Assembly: GCA_964478575.1 (NCBI GenBank)
Contig: CAYZIU010000001.1
Coordinates: 1-39,869 of the forward strand
DNA length: 39,869 bases
DNA from: an uncultured Candidatus Saccharibacteria bacterium
GTDB lineage: Bacteria; Patescibacteriota; Minisyncoccia; Phycocordibacterales; UBA9973
Reading direction: 5' to 3'
A program made the translations under genes and the position numbers. How positions within the stretch are numbered: position 1 is the first letter of the stretch; the number at the start of each line of letters is the position of its first letter. The notes below the pieces were generated by a model. It searched no databases. It saw only the letters and a program-made list of their open reading frames with translations, and was not told where the DNA came from. Shown piece after piece: positions 1-6,401 of the stretch.

Positions 1-2
1 AA

Positions 3-1589
3 ATGATCATTGAAGTCAAAGCACCAAATGCTGAGAACGATATTCAACAGTTGAAGTCATATTTAAATGCTGAGGGTTCACCCATCGGTGTTGCGCTTAA
101 TGGTAAGTACCAGTTGATATTATTTCGCCCGTATCCAAAGGACTTTGACACTCTAGACCAAATACCTGCATATGGTGAAGATGTAACCGATGTTCTCCAG
201 AAACGAAAAACACTCAAAGACCTCCACGAGCAAGACCTTAAAATTATTATCAAAACATTAGAGGAATTGGTGCTTGCTAATTCTGGCTTTGATAGTTTTG
301 ATGAGATATTCAAACTCATTTATGCAAAACTCTATGATGAAAAAGAGGCTATTTCTCGTAGTGGTGAAGAACTTAATTTTAGAAAAAGCCCAACTGGTAA
401 ACCAGAGGACACTAAGAAAGTAATTGAAGATTTATTTGAAGATGCAAAAAAGGAATGGCCTGAGATATTTGAAAAAACTGACAAAATAAAACTATCACCT
501 GAGCATCTTTCTATTTGTGTCGGTGAACTACAAGATGTCCGTCTGTTTGGTTCTAATCTCCGTATCATTGACGAGGCTTTTGAATATTTACTTCCTGATG
601 TAGCGAAAGGTAAGAAAGGTCAATACTTTACACCCCGTATTGTGATTGATATGTGTGTTCAAATGATGAACCCGAAGAAAAGAGAATATGTCATAGACAC
701 TGCGTGTGGTAGTGCTGGGTTTTTGGTACACGCTATGCAGTATGTTGTTAAAAATGAGAACTTGTCAAAGGCAGGAATGAAAGAGTACGCAATGCGTTAC
801 TTATTCGGGATAGACTTTGATGAAAAATCAACAAAGATTAGTCGTGCAATTATGGTTATCGCTGGCGACGGTAAAAGTCATATCTACAAAACTACCTCAC
901 TAGACACAAAGGAATGGCCTGAGAAGTTTAAAAGTGAACTCAAAGACTTAGACCTAGTGCAGGAGTACGACGACCACACCAAAACAAATGACAATAAAGA
1001 AAACTTAAAAGAGTTAAAATTTGATGTACTGCTAGCCAATCCTCCATTTGCAGGTGAAGTAAAAGAAAAGCATCTACTCTCTCAGTATGTACTTGGTAAA
1101 AACGCTAAGGGTAAAATGCAGAAATCAGTTGACAGACATCTCTTATTTATTGAAAGAAATCTTGATTTTGTAAAGGCAGGAGGTAGACTTGCTGTGGTGC
1201 TTCCACAAGGTATTTTCAATAATACAAGTGAGGAATATGTTCGTAAATACATAATGCAAAAGGCTCGCATCTTGGCAGTAGTCGGACTACACGGTAACTC
1301 GTTCAAACCACATACAGGTACAAAGACCTCTGTTATTTTCTTGCAGAAATGGAACGAAAACGAATTAGACGCTGGTGGTAGTCCAACGGTTAAAGACTAT
1401 CCTATTTTCTTTGCTACACAGAAACAATCCTTCAAAGATAACAGTGGTGACTATATTTTTGAAAAGGAAGCAGACGGCAGTATTGTAAGAGATACGGACG
1501 GTAATCCTAAATACCTTTGCGACTTGGACGAAATTACAGATGCGTTTGTTGCTTGGGGTAAAGAGCAAAAGTTAGATTTCTTAAAATAA
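3..1589 (+). CDS. hsdM: Type I R-M N6-adenine DNA methyltransferase subunit (HsdM-like), ORF open to window edge so probably 5'-truncated; the N-terminal part looks like an HsdR_N / E-x-K nuclease-like segment
   Basis: AdoMet motif I 'DTACGSAGFL' and catalytic motif IV 'NPPF' (LLANPPFAG). The first ~45 aa 'IIEVKAP..LNGKYQLILF' resemble the HsdR N-terminal nuclease-like fold. A specificity subunit starts 4 nt after the stop. Confidence 0.85.
   Translation: MIIEVKAPNAENDIQQLKSYLNAEGSPIGVALNGKYQLILFRPYPKDFDTLDQIPAYGEDVTDVLQKRKTLKDLHEQDLKIIIKTLEELVLANSGFDSFDEIFKLIYAKLYDEKEAISRSGEELNFRKSPTGKPEDTKKVIEDLFEDAKKEWPEIFEKTDKIKLSPEHLSICVGELQDVRLFGSNLRIIDEAFEYLLPDVAKGKKGQYFTPRIVIDMCVQMMNPKKREYVIDTACGSAGFLVHAMQYVVKNENLSKAGMKEYAMRYLFGIDFDEKSTKISRAIMVIAGDGKSHIYKTTSLDTKEWPEKFKSELKDLDLVQEYDDHTKTNDNKENLKELKFDVLLANPPFAGEVKEKHLLSQYVLGKNAKGKMQKSVDRHLLFIERNLDFVKAGGRLAVVLPQGIFNNTSEEYVRKYIMQKARILAVVGLHGNSFKPHTGTKTSVIFLQKWNENELDAGGSPTVKDYPIFFATQKQSFKDNSGDYIFEKEADGSIVRDTDGNPKYLCDLDEITDAFVAWGKEQKLDFLK
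1582..1587 (+). promoter_or_regulatory. -10-like TAAAAT ending 6 nt before the hsdS ATG
   Basis: TAAAAT-aactat-ATG. It overlaps the hsdM TAA stop, so it could be coincidental. Confidence 0.3.
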
Positions 1590-1593
1590 CTAT

Positions 1594-2997
1594 ATGTCTT
1601 GGGAAACAATAGTAAAAAATAATAATTTAGATGTATCAGAAATCTTATTTAGCGAACTTGTGGGTCGTGTTGATGCTGAATACTATAAACCTATTTTTAT
1701 AGTTGGAGATAAAATTATTGAAAGTAAATACACAAAAAAATTATCTCAGATAGCAGAAATTAAGGGCGGTAAACGATTGCCAAAAGGAGAAAGTTTTAGT
1801 GCCGAGGGTATTCCGTACATAAGGGCAGAAGATGTAAAAAATAGTTTTGTTCAGTACGAAAACTCACCAAAAATATCTGTTGCAATGCACCAGAAACTTA
1901 AATCGTATCAAATTAAGCTAAATGATGTTTTAGTTTCTATTGCAGGGTCTGTTGGAGATGTTGGTATTGTTAAATTTGACATTGGTAAATGTAATCTTAC
2001 TGAAAATTGTGCAAAAATAATAGACTTAAAAGAAATAAACCCTGACTACCTTTTTATATTTTTACTTTCAAAATACGGACAAAATCAAATCGAGAGAGAG
2101 AAAGTTGGTTCAAACCAGCCCAAATTAGCACTTACGCGTATCAGAGATTTTATAATACCAATACCAAGTGATGCTTTTCAAAAAGGTATTGCGAGCCTTG
2201 TTCTGAAATCAAAAATATTAAAAGATACTTCAATGCTTGAACATTCTGAAGTGGAACAAACACTCTTAAAGGAGTTGAATTTAGATAATCATATAGCAAG
2301 TGAGTTAAGTGTGTCTGTGCGAAACCTTTCTGAGTGTTTAAGAGACGACCGCTTTGACGCTGAATACTGGCAACCTGAATATGACGCAATGGAAAAAGCA
2401 GTTTCAAGAGTAGCACAAAAAGAACTTGGTGAAATAGTTTCAGTATTAAAAGGTGTAGAGGTTGGAAGTGAGTCATACGACCCTGAGGGCAAACCTTTTA
2501 TCCGTGTATCTGATTTTTCTATCTATGGAATTGAAGATGTAGAGAAAAAAATATCACCTGAACTATACGATGAACTCAAAGATAAATACACACCCAAAAA
2601 GGGTGAGGTTCTTTTTACAAAGGACGGAACTATTGGGCTTTCTTACGCTTTGCACGAGGAAACAGTCGGCATACTAAGTGGTGCTTTTTTAAGGTTAAAA
2701 CCAACTATCAAAATCAACACTGATTACTTAGCGTTGGTATTAAACTCGCTTTACTGTAAAACTCAAATTGAAAGAATGTCTGGTGGTGCTATCATTGCTC
2801 ACTTGAAACCTGAGAGTGCAAAAAAAATAAAGATACCATTGCTCTCAGATACTAAGCAAGCAGAAATTGCAGAGAAAGTATTTACCGCTTTTAGAATGAG
2901 AAAGGAAGCAAAAGAGCTAGTAGAAAAAGCAAAACGTGCAGTTGAAGTATTTGTTGAAAAGGATGAAAAAGAAGCAATGGTTTTTATTAGTAAGTAA
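1594..2997 (+). CDS. hsdS: Type I R-M specificity subunit (HsdS), two target-recognition domains
   Basis: 467 aa with an internally duplicated architecture: each half has 'AEYY/AEYW' near its start and 'L..IP.P' type conserved spacer helices. It sits directly downstream of hsdM. Confidence 0.8.
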   Translation: MSWETIVKNNNLDVSEILFSELVGRVDAEYYKPIFIVGDKIIESKYTKKLSQIAEIKGGKRLPKGESFSAEGIPYIRAEDVKNSFVQYENSPKISVAMHQKLKSYQIKLNDVLVSIAGSVGDVGIVKFDIGKCNLTENCAKIIDLKEINPDYLFIFLLSKYGQNQIEREKVGSNQPKLALTRIRDFIIPIPSDAFQKGIASLVLKSKILKDTSMLEHSEVEQTLLKELNLDNHIASELSVSVRNLSECLRDDRFDAEYWQPEYDAMEKAVSRVAQKELGEIVSVLKGVEVGSESYDPEGKPFIRVSDFSIYGIEDVEKKISPELYDELKDKYTPKKGEVLFTKDGTIGLSYALHEETVGILSGAFLRLKPTIKINTDYLALVLNSLYCKTQIERMSGGAIIAHLKPESAKKIKIPLLSDTKQAEIAEKVFTAFRMRKEAKELVEKAKRAVEVFVEKDEKEAMVFISK

Positions 2998-3145
2998 AAA
3001 CAACGAATACAACCTGGTGGTATTATCCAAAATGGTTGGATAATGAAACTCTGGAATATAAGATTCCGAGCGGGGAGATAAAGACTTATAAAATTTAGAG
3101 AATACAACAAATAGTTATTTTAGAAACCTGAATTTTATTTTAATT

Positions 3146-3191
3146 CCCTATTAGCAATTTCACCACGATCGTGGTGAAATTGCTAATAGGG
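3146..3191. repeat. 46-nt perfect palindrome (23-bp arms, centre CGATCG)
   Basis: CCCTATTAGCAATTTCACCACGAT|ATCGTGGTGAAATTGCTAATAGGG, checked base by base. No T-run follows. Confidence 0.9.
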
Positions 3192-3264
3192 GTAACAGCG
3201 GAAAGGTCAAAATTATTTTTCGCCTCTTGTTTATATTGTATTTAATTTTTTATTTGATTTAAGT

Positions 3265-3270
3265 TAAAAT
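3265..3270 (+). promoter_or_regulatory. -10 box TAAAAT ending 6 nt before ATG 3277 (leaderless-type)
   Basis: TAAAAT-aaaaga-ATG in an AT-rich intergenic region. Confidence 0.4.
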
Positions 3271-3276
3271 AAAAGA

Positions 3277-3798
3277 ATGGAAAACAAATTATCTATGAAA
3301 GTGTCGGTTGCTATAGTTATTGGGCTTATTATCCTTGCTTTTTGGGGACGGTTTAATGCAATGAAAAATGGAACCCTAGAGAAGCCTTTGCCGGTCGTGA
3401 ATAGTTTCGAGGAGTGTGCGGCGCTTTATCCTGTGATGGAGAGCTATCCTGAACAATGTAATACTCCAGACGGGAAGCATTTCACAAATCCGATTCAGTT
3501 TATTGATGGTTATCAATTGCCAGGGTCTGCTGTAGACGGGAAGAATATGGCCGACGGAATAATAAAAGGAAAAGTTTATTCGTCTACTGCACTAGAGACA
3601 AAAAGAGAAGTCGTTGCTTATAGTTATGAGAAGTGGGATGAAAAAGAAAGAGTGGAAATAAATTCAGATGGAACTTTTGAAATGTATATTGCAGAAGGAG
3701 CTTATTACATAATGGTTGAGCCGGGGACTGAGAGAGAACAGTCTGAGGCTATATTCATCCAGGGAGAGCAGACTATAACGTTGGATTTCACTATTTAG
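3277..3798 (+). CDS. Hypothetical membrane-anchored protein with beta-sandwich-like C-terminal part
   Basis: 173-aa ORF with an N-terminal TM helix (VSVAIVIGLIILAFWG). The C-terminus 'GKVYSS..SDGTFEMYIAEGAYYIMVEPG' resembles a carboxypeptidase-regulatory-like fold. No family recognised with certainty. Confidence 0.5.
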   Translation: MENKLSMKVSVAIVIGLIILAFWGRFNAMKNGTLEKPLPVVNSFEECAALYPVMESYPEQCNTPDGKHFTNPIQFIDGYQLPGSAVDGKNMADGIIKGKVYSSTALETKREVVAYSYEKWDEKERVEINSDGTFEMYIAEGAYYIMVEPGTEREQSEAIFIQGEQTITLDFTI

Positions 3799-3811
3799 TT
3801 TCAAGCTTGGT

Positions 3812-3820
3812 TGTTATAAT
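3812..3820 (+). promoter_or_regulatory. Extended -10 promoter TGtTATAAT for gene 3856
   Basis: Exact TGnTATAAT, 35 nt upstream of the ATG. Confidence 0.5.
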
Positions 3821-3855
3821 TAGTTTGTAAGTATTAATATTTTTTAATTTAAATT

Positions 3856-4278
3856 ATGGAAATAAATTATCTCGCAGTGTTGGTTTGTGGAGTCGCGTCT
3901 ATGGTTATAGGATCCCTGTGGCACTCAAAGCTTTTATTTGGAGATTGTTTTATAAAAGCTTCTGGAATGGATATCGGAATGACTCCAGAGAAAATGGCCG
4001 TGATTCAGAAAAAAATGTGGCAGTTGTATCTTACACAATTTCTACTTTCACTTTTGCAGGCATTTATCCTAGCTCAATATATAGCTGGATGGGAAGAAGC
4101 AAGTGGTGTTACTAATGCTCTTTGGATCTGGCTTGGATTCATAATGCCAACAGTGGCGGGAAGTTCTATGTGGAGCAGCCGTCCAAGAAAGGATGCTTGG
4201 AAGGTATTCCTTATTTCAGCTGGTTATCAATTAGTTCTTTTCGTAGTATTTGCTCTTATCTTAGGATCTTGGCAATAG
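3856..4278 (+). CDS. DUF1761-like integral membrane protein
   Basis: 140 aa with 4 predicted TM segments. The N-terminus 'INYLAVLVCGVASMVIGSLWHSKLLFG' matches the pattern I recall for DUF1761. Confidence 0.5.
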   Translation: MEINYLAVLVCGVASMVIGSLWHSKLLFGDCFIKASGMDIGMTPEKMAVIQKKMWQLYLTQFLLSLLQAFILAQYIAGWEEASGVTNALWIWLGFIMPTVAGSSMWSSRPRKDAWKVFLISAGYQLVLFVVFALILGSWQ

Positions 4279-4300
4279 GAGACAAGTAAGTGGTATAGAA

Positions 4301-4332
4301 AAAGCACTGTGTGTTGACATGGTGCTTTTTTG
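4301..4332 (+). terminator. Rho-independent terminator after gene 3856
   Basis: Stem AAAGCAC(4301-4307)/GTGCTTT(4322-4328) followed by a T-run. Confidence 0.6.
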
Positions 4333-4333
4333 T

Positions 4334-4342
4334 TGGTATAAT
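4334..4342 (+). promoter_or_regulatory. Extended -10 promoter TGgTATAAT for gene 4359
   Basis: Exact TGnTATAAT directly after the upstream terminator, 16 nt before the ATG. Confidence 0.5.
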
Positions 4343-4358
4343 AAACAAAATTTAAAAT

Positions 4359-4796
4359 ATGAATAAATTAATGGAAGCAATCAAAGAGGTTTGTGCTTTT
4401 CTAGACCAAGGTCTCACTGAAGAATTAAATGTAAAGATAATTTTCTTTGGGGGAATATTTCTGGCTTTATTGTTTTTAGTGTTTGGTGCAGCAGCGGTTA
4501 GGGCAATAAAAAAACCACAGAAAAGCAAGAGGTATTACAAGCTTGCCATAGGTTGCTTGTTCTCTGCCAATTTCGCCATATGTTCTCTTTTAACTGACTT
4601 ATTCTTTGAAAGAGCGGATATCTACCTGGTTGCTGCTGTTATCACGGTTTGTTTTATGTTTTCTATATTTTTTTGTTTTATTTATTCAATAATAATTCTT
4701 TATCTAAACAAAAAAAGCACTGAAAAAAAATTTGATCTGCCTGCTAAGGAAAAAAGAAGGTCTTATAAGAGAGTGGACCTCATTGATCAAGTCTAA
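4359..4796 (+). CDS. Hypothetical membrane protein
   Basis: 145-aa ORF with several hydrophobic helices and a basic C-terminal tail. It is flanked by its own extended -10 promoter and terminator. Confidence 0.5.
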   Translation: MNKLMEAIKEVCAFLDQGLTEELNVKIIFFGGIFLALLFLVFGAAAVRAIKKPQKSKRYYKLAIGCLFSANFAICSLLTDLFFERADIYLVAAVITVCFMFSIFFCFIYSIIILYLNKKSTEKKFDLPAKEKRRSYKRVDLIDQV

Positions 4797-4811
4797 ATTA
4801 ATGTCTTTTAT

Positions 4812-4840
4812 AAATCCGGCCCGTTGCCGGATTTTTTGTT
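4812..4840 (+). terminator. Rho-independent terminator after gene 4359
   Basis: 9-bp stem AAATCCGGC/GCCGGATTT, loop CCGTT, then a T-run. Confidence 0.75.
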
Positions 4841-4848
4841 TTTTGGTG

Positions 4849-4854
4849 TAAAAT
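4849..4854 (+). promoter_or_regulatory. -10 box TAAAAT ending 6 nt before ATG 4861
   Basis: TAAAAT-atgaca-ATG, directly after the upstream terminator T-run. Confidence 0.4.
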
Positions 4855-5307
4855 ATGACAATGAAAAAGGTGGTGATTATTTTAATATTGGCAGTGGCTT
4901 TAGTTGGCTATTTCTTTTTTATAAAAAAAGATTCTTCTCTGGATCTAGAAAATGAATACCAAATTCGTGAGGTTCTAAAGAATAACGAGCGCGTCTGGAG
5001 TGGAGTTCTGCCTTGTGTAGACTGTGAAGGAATCCTCGTCTCTCTTGTTTTATCTGATTTTAATTTTGAAAACGACAGCGGAGAGTTCACTTATAGTGAG
5101 CTATATCTTGGAGAGGAGGGAGGTCCGTATATAAAAACCGGCTCTTGGACAAGGGTTGGTGGGCAGATTGTGTTTGACCCAAAGGCTGAGGAATTTGATA
5201 ATTTCTCCTACACAGCCTTAGATAATGGCGGATTCTTGGTTCCGGCTACACTTCGGATATCTCCAGGTCTTTCTGAAGACAGCTATATCTTGCAAGAAGA
5301 GAGGTAG
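4855..5307 (+). CDS. NlpE N-terminal-domain-like secreted/lipoprotein-like protein (true start probably the second ATG at 4861)
   Basis: Has a signal/TM segment (VVIILILAVALVGYFFF). The motif 'VLPCVDCEGILVSLVL' matches the LPCADC.GI..L.L signature of the NlpE_N copper-resistance domain. A TAAAAT box ends 6 nt before ATG 4861. Confidence 0.55.
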   Translation: MTMKKVVIILILAVALVGYFFFIKKDSSLDLENEYQIREVLKNNERVWSGVLPCVDCEGILVSLVLSDFNFENDSGEFTYSELYLGEEGGPYIKTGSWTRVGGQIVFDPKAEEFDNFSYTALDNGGFLVPATLRISPGLSEDSYILQEER

Positions 5308-5311
5308 ATTG

Positions 5312-5320
5312 TGGTAAAAT
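5312..5320 (+). promoter_or_regulatory. Extended -10 promoter TGgTAAAAT for the DoxX gene
   Basis: TGnTAAAAT, 31 nt before ATG 5352. Confidence 0.45.
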
Positions 5321-5351
5321 ATAAGTATTATAAGTTTCGAAATAATTTAAG

Positions 5352-5852
5352 ATGTTAAAAAATTGTAATTGTAAAAATTGGGGACTTCTCCTAATTAGAG
5401 TTGGTTTGGCTGCAGTATTCCTATTTCACGGAATTAGCAAGTTGATGGATATGGATATGACAATAGGATTTTTCTCAAGCCTAGGGCTACCTGCATTTAT
5501 GGCTTGGGTGGTTGCGGTTGTAGAAACTCTAGGTGGAGTAGCAATGCTTTTCGGAGCATTTACTTTCGTTGCAGGAATAGCACTTGCAATCATTATGTTC
5601 TTCTCAATTGTTCTAGTTAAATTTGGAGCAGGATTCTTTGCTTTTGAATTTGAATTAATGGTTATGCTTACAGCACTCGGAGTAGCACTTACAGGAGCTG
5701 GAAGATACTCAATGCACTCAAAGTGTAGCTGTGGTGGAAACTGTATGATGTGTAAAGGTTCAGCTTGTATGCACTGCAAAGGAGGAGAAGCGATGAAGTG
5801 TGACGGATGTGAGATGTGCAAGAATGGTTGCACAGGACACGAAGGAAAATAA
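5352..5852 (+). CDS. DoxX-family membrane protein with Cys-rich metallothionein-like C-terminal tail
   Basis: The N-terminal ~120 aa have the DoxX-like pattern (LLLIRVGLAAVFLFHGISKL, 4 TM). The last ~45 aa (nt 5712-5849) contain 10 Cys plus His in CxC/CxxC spacing: 'CSCGGNCMMCKGSACMHCKGGEAMKCDGCEMCKNGCTGH'. Confidence 0.65.
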   Translation: MLKNCNCKNWGLLLIRVGLAAVFLFHGISKLMDMDMTIGFFSSLGLPAFMAWVVAVVETLGGVAMLFGAFTFVAGIALAIIMFFSIVLVKFGAGFFAFEFELMVMLTALGVALTGAGRYSMHSKCSCGGNCMMCKGSACMHCKGGEAMKCDGCEMCKNGCTGHEGK

Positions 5853-5867
5853 TTAAATTTTCAAAAT

Positions 5868-5894
5868 AAAAATCCCGCTTTTGCGGGTTTTTTG
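5868..5894. terminator. Bidirectional terminator between the convergent DoxX gene and gene 5895(-)
   Basis: AAAAAT-CCCGC-tttt-GCGGG-TTTTTT. Confidence 0.7.
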
Positions 5895-6323
5895 TTAAAC
5901 ATTATATATTAAATAATTTCCATCTTTACCTTCTTTATTCATAATGTCTTTAAATTTTTTCTGAACATGAGTATGCAGATCTATTTCAAGCAGTTCTCCT
6001 TTTTTTGCACTTTTTAAAATTTCTTCAAGGAGTCCGGTTATCATCATCTCAAACGGAACTCTAAGGTCTGTCTCACGGCCATTTTCAATTGCAGTAAAAC
6101 ACATTTCAGGTAGTAGGTCGGATTTCTTTATATCACCATCTAAAACCATTAATTCTATGTCACTTATTAGAGACAACTCTTTTGCTCTTTGGGTAACGAA
6201 GTAGCCATCACTTTTTGAATAAATAGGACACTTTGTGTCGTTGGAGAAATGGATTTCTGCATGTTTAAAAGGACAATCTTCGGATGGGTCTTTAATTTCT
6301 AAGTATGCGGTTTTTAATATCAT
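5895..6323 (-). CDS. Hypothetical cytoplasmic protein (orphan), divergent from the helicase-nuclease gene
   Basis: 142-aa ORF with ATG start and TAA stop. It ends at a bidirectional terminator. No recognisable motif. Confidence 0.5.
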   Translation of the reverse strand: MILKTAYLEIKDPSEDCPFKHAEIHFSNDTKCPIYSKSDGYFVTQRAKELSLISDIELMVLDGDIKKSDLLPEMCFTAIENGRETDLRVPFEMMITGLLEEILKSAKKGELLEIDLHTHVQKKFKDIMNKEGKDGNYLIYNV

Positions 6324-6330
6324 ATTTACA

Positions 6331-6336
6331 ATTTTA
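6331..6336 (-). promoter_or_regulatory. -10 box TAAAAT (minus strand) ending 7 nt before ATG 6323
   Basis: The reverse complement reads TATAAAAT-tgtaaat-ATG. Confidence 0.35.
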
Positions 6337-6383
6337 TAAATTTATACACTGATTGTAGTAAATAGTCAAATTTGTGGTTCTTT

Positions 6384-6392
6384 TGATATAAT
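6384..6392 (+). promoter_or_regulatory. Extended -10 promoter TGaTATAAT ending 9 nt before the helicase-nuclease ATG
   Basis: Exact TGnTATAAT. No SD in the 9-nt spacer (taaaaaata). Confidence 0.5.
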
Positions 6393-6401
6393 TAAAAAAT
6401 A

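Noticed and set aside
3652-3663. The ATGGAAATAAAT 'MEIN' start word (3856, 13076, 13330) as a specific signal on its own
   Set aside because: The near-identical GTGGAAATAAAT also occurs in frame inside gene 3277-3798, and AAATAAAT is a common AT-rich word. Only the longer 20-nt identity at 13068/13322 was kept as an observation.
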